This document shows, piece by piece, positions 28,893-39,600 of a stretch of 57,762 nt of DNA (positions within the stretch are counted from its first letter, which is position 1; every line of letters begins with the position of its first letter). Made by a program: the position numbers and the translations under genes. The stretch lies in contig CAVWHO010000009.1 of NCBI GenBank assembly GCA_963754875.1, positions 1-57,762 on the forward strand, given 5' to 3'. The stretch is from Nitrospirota bacterium. GTDB taxonomy: Bacteria; Nitrospirota; UBA9217. A model generated the notes under the pieces. It made no database searches, was not told the DNA's origin, and saw only the letters and a program-made list of their open reading frames with translations.

Positions 28893-28984
28893 AACCCCGA
28901 AAGTGCAGTACCACGACGGCGCGGGATATTCCACGTTCGTGATTTTCAGTCCGGAAAGCGTAGGTGATGCTGGTTCCGGGGCTG

Positions 28985-29449
28985 TTATCCTGAGTGAGCA
29001 TGTTGTTGCAGGGTGCGGTCGATCCAGTACTCCAGCTCGGTGTTCTGCACCGGAGCTCCGTCGAAACGTGCGAGCTGCTGACCATTTCTATAGAGAATGA
29101 AGGTGGGGGTGGCTTTGATCATAAAACGCCGTGCAAGGACCGGCTCGGAGTCCACGTCAACTTTGATGATCTTCAGATGACCGGCCCTTTTCAGGGCAAG
29201 CGAATTGATAAACGGTTCGATCGTACGGCAATACCCGCACCATTTGGCCCAGAATTCCGCAACGATGACTTCCGGCCAGTCCCTGATCTGCTGGTCGTAA
29301 CTCGCTGTTGTCACGTTGATTGGCGCATGCGGCACCTCAAGGAGGGCTTTGCACTGGCCGCAGACCGGATGGCTGTCGAGCTTGCCCTCGGGTAGGCGGT
29401 TCAGCGTTCTGCAGGCTTTGCATCGTACGATAATGGGATTATCCGGCAT
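28985..29449 (-). CDS. trxC: Thioredoxin 2-like protein with N-terminal zinc ribbon
   Basis: CKAC...NR...CGQC plus FWAKWCGYC active site. Confidence 0.85.
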   Translation of the reverse strand: MPDNPIIVRCKACRTLNRLPEGKLDSHPVCGQCKALLEVPHAPINVTTASYDQQIRDWPEVIVAEFWAKWCGYCRTIEPFINSLALKRAGHLKIIKVDVDSEPVLARRFMIKATPTFILYRNGQQLARFDGAPVQNTELEYWIDRTLQQHAHSG

Positions 29450-29515
29450 TGAAAACTTGTCCTTTGTTCACCTTGACGTTCGGCGGCACAGTATAGCAAC
29501 AATTCGGTAAAAATG

Positions 29516-29553
29516 AAAGGCCGGTGCATTGTTTTTCCTTGCACCGGCCTTTT
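29516..29553. terminator. Hairpin / probable terminator downstream of the Hsp20 pair
   Basis: AAAGGCCGGTGCA-N11-TGCACCGGCCTTT. Confidence 0.6.
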
Positions 29554-29626
29554 AGTCTGCGATCTTCCGGCAAGGTTTGTTGTCACTCCATCGCAAGAGA
29601 GGCCGAGGCTGGAGAGGACCGCTTTT

Positions 29627-30034
29627 CTATGCCTCTGCGCTGACCATGATCTTTCTGGTCTTTGCCGCGGCTGCTTTGTGCATGACTAGCCGCAGGACGC
29701 CGTTCTTCATTGTTGCCTGGATCCGCTCCTTGTCCACCTCGTCAGAGAGGGTGAAGGCGCGATGATAGTCGCCGATGCCATATTCCGAATAGGCCATGCG
29801 GTACGGTTCAGGCACTTCCGATTCGACCCGCCCGTTAATGGTCAATACATTCTTCTCCAGTGTAATATCGAGCGATTTCTCATCCACGCCCGGCAGGTCA
29901 GCGGTCACAACGATTTCGTCCTTTCGTTCCAGGATATTGACGTTCGGCGTATACACTTTATGGGACCGCGTGCGCTCCACGCCTTCGGGCGTGCTGGCTT
30001 CCTTCTTCGTAATGTCCCTTGTTGACTCCGTCAT
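29627..30034 (-). CDS. Hsp20/alpha-crystallin small heat shock protein
   Basis: P.VNI.E, ADLPGV, I.A.MKNGVL. Confidence 0.93.
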   Translation of the reverse strand: MTESTRDITKKEASTPEGVERTRSHKVYTPNVNILERKDEIVVTADLPGVDEKSLDITLEKNVLTINGRVESEVPEPYRMAYSEYGIGDYHRAFTLSDEVDKERIQATMKNGVLRLVMHKAAAAKTRKIMVSAEA

Positions 30035-30052
30035 GGTACAACCTCCTTTGTC

Positions 30053-30481
30053 CTATTCGAACCTGACAGCGATCTTTCTCGGTTTGTCAGCTTCCGCACG
30101 GGGCACGGTCAAATGGAGAACGCCCTTGTTGAACCGTGCCTCCACTTTTTCGGTATCTATGAGATAGGGAAGGTCGATGATCCTGGTGAATTGGCCGTGC
30201 CACCGCTCCTGCCGATGATAACATTCTCCTTCACAGGCGTCCTCTGACTTTCGCGAACCTCGCAGAGTGATTGACTTGCCATTTACCGAAATATCTACCT
30301 TTTCGGCATCAATCCCCGGCAACTCAGATGTAATTATGGCCGTGTCAGTGTCGGCCCAGACATTGACTGACGGAAACTCACTCGTTGATTGAGCGAGCAT
30401 CCCTGATGCTGTTCGGTGTAATTTTTCTATAGTGCGCCAGGGATCAAGCAAACCAAACCTGCTAAAATCAGTACTTAACAT
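30053..30481 (-). CDS. Hsp20/alpha-crystallin small heat shock protein
   Basis: FPSVNVW, ELPGI, RQERWHGQFTR, VEARFNKGVL. Confidence 0.93.
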   Translation of the reverse strand: MLSTDFSRFGLLDPWRTIEKLHRTASGMLAQSTSEFPSVNVWADTDTAIITSELPGIDAEKVDISVNGKSITLRGSRKSEDACEGECYHRQERWHGQFTRIIDLPYLIDTEKVEARFNKGVLHLTVPRAEADKPRKIAVRFE

Positions 30482-30524
30482 GTGCTTCTCCTCCTTCTTT
30501 CAGGAAAATAGTTGATGAATGCAA

Positions 30525-30551
30525 TTAGCACTCTCTATAATAGAGTGCTAA
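30525..30551. promoter_or_regulatory. CIRCE element (HrcA operator)
   Basis: Exact TTAGCACTC-N9-GAGTGCTAA, just downstream of a minus-strand promoter TTGACT-N16-TACATT (30585-30558) for the hsp20 genes. Confidence 0.95.
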
Positions 30552-30800
30552 TGATTAAATGTACCAAAAAATTTTTAAAAGTCAAGTGCTTGAAATAATA
30601 TGGTATATATATCTTAAAATAGGTGCTAATATTATGAAAAATTGTGGTTTTTAATGAGCTTACACGTTTTACATAATAAAACATTTTTTTTACTAAAATA
30701 AGCGATCTGATTTTTTTATTCCTTCTTTTGAGCCTCTAAAGAACCTCTGATACAACTAAAGTCCTACGTGAGTCACAGGGAGGAATGATCCTTGTCCCAC

Positions 30801-31853
30801 ATGCCGTCAAAAGAAGTCCAATGCATCGACGGTTCCTACGGTGAAGGCGGCGGACAAATCCTGAGAACATCTCTGGCGCTGGCGTGTACACTCGGCAGAC
30901 CGATAGAGATCATCAATATCCGGAGGGCACGGAAAAAGCCGGGGCTGCAGCCGCAGCATTTGACTGCAGTTAATGCAGCGGCCGCGATCAGCCGCGCCCG
31001 GGTTGAAGGCGCGGAGCTTTCATCTACGTCGATCATGTTTCTGCCCCGTGCGCTTATTGGAGGCGACTATCAATTCGACGTTTCCGAGAAAAAAGGGAGC
31101 GCAGGCAGCACGTCTCTCGTAATCCAGACGATCCTGCTCCCGCTTTGTTTTGCCGAGCAGCCGACAAACGTCACCGTGCTCGGCGGCACCCATGTACCCT
31201 GGAGCCCTACCTTTCATTACCTAAAATTTATTTTCTTGCCGCTGCTCAAGCGGATCAACGCAACGATCGAAATCGCTATCAAGAATTGGGGTTGGTATCC
31301 CGGGGGCGGAGGATCGGTAACGGCGAGAATCATACCCTGCGAAAAAATGCTTCCGATCAGGATACTGAGTCGCGGCAGGTTACTCCGCGTCGCGGGTATC
31401 TCGGCGGTTGCGAATTTGCCGAAAGAGATTGCCGTGCGACAACGGAACAGGGCTGTTCATATGCTTCTGGAAAAAGGCATGGATGCGAATGTGGAGGTCT
31501 TCGATGCGACCTCTCCTGGCAAAGGTACATTTGTCTTTCTGAAAGCTGAGTTTGAGAACATTATCGCAGGGTTTGATGCCCTCGGTGCAATTGGCAAAAG
31601 AGCTGAAGAAGTCGCGGACGAGGCCTGTCAAGCCTTCTTTACGTACACAGAGTCATGGGGCGCGCTTGATCCTCATCTTGCAGATCAAATCATTCCCTAT
31701 CTAGCGCTTGCTCGCGGAGATTCGGAATTCACGACGAGCAGCATAACGCGGCATTTGCTCACGAACATTTGGGTTGTGAAACAATTCCTCGATGTGGATG
31801 TTCAGGTAGAGGGAAAAGAAGGTGATGCCGGGAAAATCAGGATCAAGGTATAA
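30801..31853 (+). CDS. rtcA: RNA 3'-terminal phosphate cyclase
   Basis: IDGSYGEGGGQILR, PGLQPQHL, GGTHVPWSP, DPHLADQ. Confidence 0.95.
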   Translation: MPSKEVQCIDGSYGEGGGQILRTSLALACTLGRPIEIINIRRARKKPGLQPQHLTAVNAAAAISRARVEGAELSSTSIMFLPRALIGGDYQFDVSEKKGSAGSTSLVIQTILLPLCFAEQPTNVTVLGGTHVPWSPTFHYLKFIFLPLLKRINATIEIAIKNWGWYPGGGGSVTARIIPCEKMLPIRILSRGRLLRVAGISAVANLPKEIAVRQRNRAVHMLLEKGMDANVEVFDATSPGKGTFVFLKAEFENIIAGFDALGAIGKRAEEVADEACQAFFTYTESWGALDPHLADQIIPYLALARGDSEFTTSSITRHLLTNIWVVKQFLDVDVQVEGKEGDAGKIRIKV

Positions 31854-32037
31854 GGGAGCCTGCCTGTCTTGTCAATCCCCTGTGCAGCCGGTGTGCATTA
31901 ATACCCGGTCATCGCGTTGACATCGATGATCACGCATACTTTCGACCAATACCCGTTTGGCCGTGCGGGTGGTAAACTAGATTATACGACAGTGTAAACG
32001 ACATATTCATGAAACACAGATATATCGCAAGAAGGAG

Positions 32038-32490
32038 GTGGCTAATATGATAGTACGTACTTCCGAAGCCCTGTGGAAAGGGGACATCAAAAATGGGAAG
32101 GGTACCGTTAAGATCGGCAGCAGAAATTTTGAAGAGAGCTATTCCTTCGGTTCTCGATTTGAACATGCATCAGGCACTAACCCGGAAGAATTGCTCGGAG
32201 CAGCGCATGCCGGCTGCTTCAGTATGGCCTTTGCATTGATGCTGGGGCAGAAAGGCTATCGGGCTAACCACGTCCACACCGTAGCCAAAGTGTCCATTGA
32301 CAAGGTCGGTGAAGGGTATAAGATTCAGACCATCGAGCTTAATACGGAGGGCGATGTACCAGGTATCGATGAAAAAACGTTCAGCGAAATCGGGGAACAG
32401 GCCGCGAGAAACTGTCCTGTTTCTCTCGCTCTGACCGGTGTCGATATCAAACTTGTGGCCAAACTTGTGCGACGAGCAAAGGCGGCATGA
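32038..32490 (+). CDS. osmC: OsmC family peroxiredoxin
   Basis: YSFGSRFE, GTNPEELLGAAHAGCFSMA, NCPVS. Start 32038 (GTG) or 32047 (ATG). Confidence 0.93.
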   Translation: MANMIVRTSEALWKGDIKNGKGTVKIGSRNFEESYSFGSRFEHASGTNPEELLGAAHAGCFSMAFALMLGQKGYRANHVHTVAKVSIDKVGEGYKIQTIELNTEGDVPGIDEKTFSEIGEQAARNCPVSLALTGVDIKLVAKLVRRAKAA

Positions 32491-32588
32491 GGTGAAATAC
32501 TGCTCCCCCGAGACGCGGAGAATCCTCTCTCCGCGTCGCCCCGGTGTACGGGCGGGTTTTCCCGATATCCACTTATGAAAACCAGCGC

Positions 32589-32623
32589 GAGAAAATCCAC
32601 ATGCTTTAGCGTGGGAGTGTCAA
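32589..32623 (+). mobile_element. Degenerate orphan right end of an IS605/IS1341-like element
   Basis: AAATCCACATGCTTTAGCGTGGGAGTGTCAA: imperfect hairpin with TTTA loop ending in TCAA. Confidence 0.55.
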
Positions 32624-32635
32624 CATCCTGTTTAT

Positions 32636-33191
32636 AAAAACATCCTGAAATACCCAGCAGCTCTGCTGCTGGGATGAAAAGGATATCCTGACGAAGTCAG
32701 GATGAGAATCTGTTACAATACGGGCCATGAGCCCATTGAGAAGAAGCAAACATAGCGTCTATGATCTGAAGTACCATTTTGTATGGATACCAAAATATCG
32801 AAGGAAGCTGTTCAGCGATCGAATGACGACGAGACTGAAAGAGATATTTCGTGAGATCGCAGAGCGATATGAATTTGAAATAGATACGATGGAAGCAATG
32901 GATGATCATGTGCATTTGTTTTTGGTTGTGCCACCGAAGTATGCTCCAGCGAGGGTAGTACAGATAATCAAAAGCATATCGGCAAAGATGATGTTTCGAG
33001 AATTCCCCGAGATAAAGAAAAAACTTTGGGGAGGAGAACTCTGGAATGACGGCTACTTTGTCCGTTCGGTTGGCGACAAAGTAACGGCAGAAGTTATAAG
33101 AAAGTATATTCGGTATCAGCATGATGAGCAAGTTGGCTTTAGGTTCTAGCGCATTTAGGATGCCCCGCAGCTCTGCTGCGGGGTAATTCAC
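32636..33191 (+). mobile_element. IS200-like element, copy 1 (556 bp)
   Basis: Identical by eye to 41402-41957. Subterminal hairpins CCCAGCAGC-TCT-GCTGCTGGG and CCCCGCAGC-TCT-GCTGCGGGG; inserted 3' of TTTAT; ends TCAC. Confidence 0.93.
32727..33149 (+). CDS. tnpA: IS200/IS605 family Y1 HUH transposase
   Basis: YHFVWIPKYRR, DHVH (HUH), LW..GYFV.SVG, YI.YQ. Confidence 0.96.
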   Translation: MSPLRRSKHSVYDLKYHFVWIPKYRRKLFSDRMTTRLKEIFREIAERYEFEIDTMEAMDDHVHLFLVVPPKYAPARVVQIIKSISAKMMFREFPEIKKKLWGGELWNDGYFVRSVGDKVTAEVIRKYIRYQHDEQVGFRF

Positions 33192-33430
33192 TACTTGCTT
33201 CGATAACCAATGAACGATGCTTTCTCTAAAAATGCCTTTGTGATTGACTTCACTATGGAATTTTAATACAGTAGTTCCTAGCACAATATCTTTCGCACCG
33301 TATATTCGTCGCTTCAGCAGTCATTCTTGAACGCTCGTTTTTACCGTTACGGGCAATGCAAAGGGGACTGACCTGCGAACACAGTTATACAATTTTGGGA
33401 TTTTTTTAACCAATGAGGGGGAAGGAACCA

Positions 33431-33994
33431 ATGGAACTTTTTGAGACCATGAAAACACGCAGGAGCATCCGCAAGTATTCCGACAGGCCGGTTGAGGAAG
33501 AGAAACTCCAGCAAGTTCTCGAGTCTGTTCGCATGGCGCCCTCGTGGGCAAACTATCAATGCTGGCGTCTGGTCGTCGTGAAAGACAAAGCCACGAAAGA
33601 ACAGATTAGTGCGTCGTCTTATGTGGAGTCCTATTTTGCTCCCAAGGGTTACAAGTCGAACCCTTCGATGAAGGCCCTTGCCGATGCACCGGTGGTCATT
33701 GTCATGTGCGCCGACCCCGGGCAATCGGGCGTCATCTGGGGCCAGAATTATTACCTCGTCGATCTCGGACTTGCTGCCCAGAACATGATGCTGGCGGCAA
33801 GAGGCCTGGGACTGGGAACGGTGTTCGTAGGCATTTACGACGAGGAGAAACTCAAAAGCCTCCTGCGCATTCCCTCCACGATCAGGATCGTTGGGCTCTT
33901 CCCGATGGGATATCCCGTGGAGGAGAAAAAAGACGGCCCTCCAAGGAAGCCGCTGCAGGAGATCTGTTATTCCGAGCACTGGGGCGGAAAGTGA
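33431..33994 (+). CDS. Nitroreductase family protein
   Basis: [33 protein letters not shown]. Confidence 0.92.
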   Translation: MELFETMKTRRSIRKYSDRPVEEEKLQQVLESVRMAPSWANYQCWRLVVVKDKATKEQISASSYVESYFAPKGYKSNPSMKALADAPVVIVMCADPGQSGVIWGQNYYLVDLGLAAQNMMLAARGLGLGTVFVGIYDEEKLKSLLRIPSTIRIVGLFPMGYPVEEKKDGPPRKPLQEICYSEHWGGK

Positions 33995-34054
33995 AGCCAA
34001 GGCAGAGCAGCAACCGACGCTGAGACCATCATTCCCGCGTGAGGAGGGCGCAGC

Positions 34055-34216
34055 ATGAGGATCACCTGCTGGGGGGCGAGAGGTTCCATCCCGGTATCCG
34101 GAAAAGAATACGTGAAGTACGGCGGCGATACAAGATGCGTCGAAATCAGAAGCAAAGACGGTGAAGTCATCTATCAGCATCACCCTCATCAATCAGCGGA
34201 ATCGAGGCGACGATGA
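34055..34216 (+). pseudogene. N-terminal fragment of an MBL-fold metallo-hydrolase
   Basis: RBS GAGGAGG, then MRITCWGARGSIPVSGKEYVKYGGDTRCVEIRSKDGEVI; similarity ends before any HxHxDH motif; 53 codons. Confidence 0.75.
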
Positions 34217-34301
34217 TCCAAAAGCTGCACGCGTCAAATAAAAAAAACATGCACTCCTGTCGTTCAGGGCGAACATCCTCCTTCAGACTCAAAAAAAATT
34301 A

Positions 34302-34502
34302 TTACCCAGTTTGACGTAAAAGCCACTCCAGACATTCACCTTCCATGACGTCACCCTGCAGATTTCGCGTTGTCGTAAATGTGCCTGATCGCGTTCTTTC
34401 GCGGTCGACGAAGCCAATGACGCGGTTATCATCGAGAATTTCGATACTCTGCCTCCATACTCCGGATTGAACGATCTGGGATAAACCCTGTACTTTTAAC
34501 AT
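34302..34502 (-). CDS. Small hypothetical protein (66 aa)
   Basis: Strong RBS AAGGAGG 5 nt before ATG; no recognisable motif. Confidence 0.55.
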   Translation of the reverse strand: MLKVQGLSQIVQSGVWRQSIEILDDNRVIGFVDRERTRSGTFTTTRNLQGDVMEGECLEWLLRQTG

Positions 34503-34910
34503 GTCTGCCTCCTTTTACTGCTTACTGCTCTTATCGGCATTTTAGGAAATTTCTTTACAACTTTAGAATCACTTATTGGAAATGTCCGGCATGACAGTGC
34601 ATTGGCATTCACTCAAAAATGCCACACGTGTCGTCTTCGGCCATGAAAGATCAGCGCTGGCAAAAGGGCGTGAATTGCCGCGAACTTCATTCCCGGATAT
34701 TCCTGACAGCGCAAGGGGCAAATAATATCAACGTGGCCGAGAGAACAGAGAGGGAGAATTCTACTCCGGATGCCGCACTGCGTGAACGGTCAGTTGAAGG
34801 TAGCGGGATCCGGGTTTCGAGGTGGCAGGACGGCCCGAAGCCATCTGGAGTGCGGGTTGACGCGGATCGACAGTCGTATCGAAACGAAGGGGTTGGGAGA
34901 GGATGTCGCT

Positions 34911-36401
34911 CTACGGTTTCCCTCCGGCACTCTTAATAAGTGACTTAATCTTGTCCGAAGCAGGGTCGTTCTTGAGCGCTTTCCGGTACATTGATAGTGC
35001 TTTCAGTTTCAGTCCGTTTTTCATATAGAAATTGCCCAGCTCCAGAAAATATTTTGTGTTTGCCGGGCTCAACTCGACTGCTTTGATAAAATAATCCTCC
35101 GCCTCGTGGCCTCTTCTCGGTATCCGCGCGAGCGCGAGACCGAGATGAAAAACGTATTCGGCATTTTTCGGTTCGAGACGAATAGCCCACCTGAAGGACT
35201 CTTCTGCTCCCCAGAAGTCCTGCGCTTTGAACCGCACTTTTCCTTCTTGAAACTGGTCTGAAGCAATTTCCTTGTTATTTCGCCTTCCCCGCTGTGCGGC
35301 TTCTGCTGCCCCGATTCTCGTTTCTTCTCTGGCAAGAACACCATCATATTGGTCACGCCGGGACTGCGTGCTCAGTGTCTCGTAGGCTTCATGGATGCTT
35401 GCGAAGAGAGCCTCGAGCTTCTCTTTCATATCGCTCATTTCAGGATCAAAGTGCCGGTCCGGATGGTATAGCTTTGCGTGTTTAAAATACGCCTTTTTGA
35501 TCTCCTGGGGAGTGGCGTTCCTGGCCACGCCGAGCGCATCGTAATGATTCTTCCCGGAGAGGCTGTCGTAGGCGGATTGTATCAATTTTTTCATGTCTGC
35601 AGAAGATATTTCGGGCTCTTCCAGAGGCTTCCCTTTGTGCGTTACTTCGTCGCGCACCACTTCGCTCACAAATTTTTTGTCGTCCTCCGCCTTGATCTCT
35701 CCTTTTTCCGCCATCCGGAGTGCCAGGAGTACATACATAGCCTTGAGCGTGTTGAAGTCACCGATACCGCTTAGACCACACAGGTCCTGAATGCTTTTGT
35801 TCCCGTCGATCAGCGTGAGCACCTCGCGCTGGTCTTGCTCGAGGTGGGCATTCTGGAAGAGGAGTGAGGGATCCGATGCAGGGCGCACGACCGTGGAGAG
35901 TGGCGGAAGCGACTTGCGAATGACCTTCCAGTCGAGGTTGCTGACTCCTTCGATTATCAGGTCCCCGGTGCTGATATGAAGGGGTATGAGCTCAGAGAGC
36001 GACAAGATGTTCTGGTCGAACTCGTAATGACCGTCGCGCCAGCTGAACAATGTCAGGATAATTTCCTTGACCTGGAGGTTCACCAGGGCAACAAGATCGT
36101 GCGGCTTGAGAATGCCTGCTTCGAACAAGACGGCACCCAACTTCTTTCCCGTCTTGATAACGGCGCCTGATGATTGGTCAAACTGCGCTTTCGTAATTTT
36201 CCCTTTGCGCAGCAAGAACTCGCCCAGTCGGTCCTCATCCAAATTTGATGACGCGAAGAGGATATCTCCGCCTTTAAAATAGACTTTTTTGATTTCGTCA
36301 TCGCGGCTAAAGGTCGCAGTGCCGGAAATCTTATCCGCCCGGATATCCTGAAAGAGCCAGGGGAGGGTCATGTCCTTAATATCACCGGCTGAGGGGATCA
36401 T
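34911..36401 (-). CDS. DUF4388-like + DnaJ J-domain + TPR protein
   Basis: N-terminal SG...F...G.I.FA.S.....RLGE.L, J-domain with HPD (KLYHPDRH), C-terminal TPRs. Confidence 0.85.
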   Translation of the reverse strand: MIPSAGDIKDMTLPWLFQDIRADKISGTATFSRDDEIKKVYFKGGDILFASSNLDEDRLGEFLLRKGKITKAQFDQSSGAVIKTGKKLGAVLFEAGILKPHDLVALVNLQVKEIILTLFSWRDGHYEFDQNILSLSELIPLHISTGDLIIEGVSNLDWKVIRKSLPPLSTVVRPASDPSLLFQNAHLEQDQREVLTLIDGNKSIQDLCGLSGIGDFNTLKAMYVLLALRMAEKGEIKAEDDKKFVSEVVRDEVTHKGKPLEEPEISSADMKKLIQSAYDSLSGKNHYDALGVARNATPQEIKKAYFKHAKLYHPDRHFDPEMSDMKEKLEALFASIHEAYETLSTQSRRDQYDGVLAREETRIGAAEAAQRGRRNNKEIASDQFQEGKVRFKAQDFWGAEESFRWAIRLEPKNAEYVFHLGLALARIPRRGHEAEDYFIKAVELSPANTKYFLELGNFYMKNGLKLKALSMYRKALKNDPASDKIKSLIKSAGGKP

Positions 36402-36666
36402 ACTGCTCCTCGGATGGAATGAATAAGATGCACGAAAGGCATTATTATATCATTTTTTATTGATTCTGTGCATTTTTTTGAGTTTTCTTCTCCATCCCGC
36501 GACTTGGAATCCCCCGGCTCCTCCGGAGGGCTCCACTGACAAAAATACGCATATGTGGTTTTGCAGGGTTGACTAACCCCCCTGTTCTCATTATAATAAT
36601 CTCGTGCCTTCCCGAAGCAATCGTTCACCCGCGCCAACAACAAATCTCATTGTCAAGGACATACGA

Positions 36667-39600
36667 ATGCGAGAAGATCTCTTCTTGGGCGTTGATATCG
36701 GTTCGGTAGCGATCAAGACTTCCGTTCTCAACAGGGATGGACGGATTCTTTCTGACAATTATGTCCGGATCAAGGGCGACCCGCTTAGTACACTTCTTGA
36801 CGAACTCACCGCGATCACGTCGAGATATTCCGGACGCCCGATCATATCCGCCGGCATCACCGGGAGCGGCGGCAAACAAGCCGCCGATACCATCGGCGCC
36901 GTGTTCATCAACGAGATCCTCGCCCAGGCATCTTTTGCCGGCCGTTTTTATCCCGAGGCACGGACCCTCATCGAACTGGGTGGGGAGGACGCCAAGCTCA
37001 TCAATCTTATCGGGGACGAAACAGCAGGCGTAAAAATCGAGGATTTTTCCATGAACACGGCCTGCGCTGCAGGCACCGGGTCGTTTCTGGATCAACAGGC
37101 GACACGTCTCCATCTGACGATCGAAGAGTTCGGCCAAATCGCCCTCCAATCAAAAACTCCGCCGCGCGTAGCAGGCAGGTGCAGCGTTTTCGCGAAGAGC
37201 GACATGATTCATTTGCAGCAGATCGCGACGCCCAACTATGATATCGTGGCCGGCCTGTGCTATGCCATGGCCCGGAACTTCAAGGCTACAGTCGGGAAGG
37301 GGAAGAAGGTTTTTTCACCGGTCCTGTTTCTCGGCGGCGTTGCCGAGAACCCGGGCATGCGCAGGGCGTTCCGTGACGTGCTCAAATTGTCGGAACAAGA
37401 GATGACGGTGCCGGAGCATTTCAAAACCTCCGGGGCCATCGGCGCAGCGCTCATGGTCCTCCAGCAGCCCGCGGCGGTTGTTGCGTACCGAGGAGTTGAT
37501 GCACTCGCGCGCCTTCTCGCATCAGACAACAAAAAGACCTCAGAAGGAATGAGCCCGCTTTCCCAGCCGGGCGGCATCATGCCCAATCCTGACCAGGACG
37601 CGGTGTCGCAGGGCGGCGGCTTGATCGATGCATACCTCGGCGTCGATGTCGGATCAGTCTCCACCAATGTCGTCGTGATCGACAAGAACATGCGGGTGCT
37701 GTCGAAACGTTACTTGCCTACGGCGGGAAGGCCGATCGAAGCGGTAAAACAGGGCTTGGCAGAGGTTGGCGCCGAAATGGGAAAACGGTTGAATATCCTC
37801 GGCGCCGGTACAACAGGTTCCGGCAGATATCTCACCGCTGACATGATCGGTGCAGATGTGGTCAGGAACGAGATCACGGCCCAGGCCACTGCTGCCGCAG
37901 TCATCGACCAGACTGTGGACACGATCTTCGAGATCGGCGGCCAAGATTCAAAATACATCAGCCTGCGGGACGGGGCCGTGGTGGATTTCGAGATGAACAA
38001 GGCATGCGCTGCCGGGACGGGTTCGTTCCTCGAAGAGCAGGCGGAGCGGCTCGGCATCCGGATCAAACAGGAGTTCGAGGGCAAGGCTTTTTGTTCTGAA
38101 TCGCCCTGCAGGTTCGGCGAGCGCTGCACCGTGTTCATGGAGTCCGACCTTGTCCACTCCATGAATACCGGCTTCGGCGTGGAGGAACTCACTGCGGGGC
38201 TTGCATACTCGATCGCCTATAATTACCTGAACAAGGTCGTGGCAGGCAAGCCGGTGGGCAAGCGCATTTTCTTCCAGGGCGGCGTGGCTGCGAACAGGGC
38301 TGTGGTTTCCGCTTTCGAGAAGATCACCGGCAAACACATCACCGTACCGCCACACCACGAAGTCACCGGTGCGATCGGCGCTGCCATTCTTGCCATGCGC
38401 GGAAGCAGGGGCGCGAGCGGTTTCAAGGGCTTCGATCTGAGCAAGCGCGAATACACTATTACAACGTTCGAGTGCGCCGAATGCGCGAACCGTTGCGACA
38501 TCCGCAGGGTGGTTTTCGGCAGCGAGAAGCCGCTCTTCTACGGCAGCCGGTGCGAGAAGTATGATATCAAGAAAAAGAGTTCCACTGCTGACGCGCTTTC
38601 TGATCTTTTTGCGGAGCGTGAAAAAATGCAGCAGTCCGCTGTAGCCTCTTCCCCGACTGATGAAAAGGCACCGTTGATCGGCATCCCGCGTATGCTGTAC
38701 GTCAACGATTACCTTCCGTACTGGCAAACCTTTTTTAGCCATCTCGGCTTTCGTGTCGTCCTGTCCGAACGCACGAACCGTACCCTGGTAAACAGATCGC
38801 TCGAAGCAACCGTTGCGGAGACGTGTTTCCCGGCCAAGGTGGGGCTCGGGCATGTCCTGGACCTTTTGGATAAAAAGGTGGATTTTCTTTTTCTCCCGAG
38901 CTTTATCCGGTTCCCCGATGCCCACAGTCAAACCGACAACGCGCAAGCCTGTCCCTATGCCCAGGCCTTTCCCTATATTTCGAGAGCATCGATTCGTTTC
39001 GGGGAGACAAAGACGATCGAACCGATTCTCTTCCTGCACGATGAGCGCCAGTTCAGCAAGAGTATGCGGTCCATTGGAAAAATGCTGGGGAAAGGCAGGG
39101 CAGCTGTGGCGCGTGCGCAGCGGGCCGCAGGGGAGGCGCAGAAGAGCTTCCACCATGCCGTAGAAGCGCGCGGCAGCAGCGTCCTATCACAGATTAAAGC
39201 GGGCGAGAAAGCGTTCGTCCTCATCGGCCGTAATTACAACACCTGCGATACCGGCGTGAACATGAACCTGCCGGTTAAGATACGGGACCTCGGCGTACAG
39301 GCGATCCCCATGGACTATCTTCCGCTCCACGAGGTGGATCTGTCAGGCCAGGAAGGGATGTACTGGCGGTCAGGCCAAAAGATCATCGCGGCGGCGCGAT
39401 ATATTCGAGAACACCCGAACCTTTTCCCGATCTATATAACAAATTTCGGATGCGGGCCCGATTCGTTCATTACCCATTTTTTCCGGCGCGAAATGGCGGG
39501 CAAACCATATCTCCAGCTCGAAATCGATGAACACAGCGCAGACGCCGGGGCCATCACTCGGATCGAGGCCTTTCTGGATAGCCTGAACAACGCGACTATC

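Noticed and set aside
32636..33191. TnpB/IscB RNA-guided nuclease in the IS200 copies
   Set aside because: The element is 556 bp and holds only tnpA.
34619..34936. 105-aa ORF in the gap before the DnaJ-TPR gene end
   Set aside because: No RBS or motif recognised, and it overlaps the convergent gene's end.
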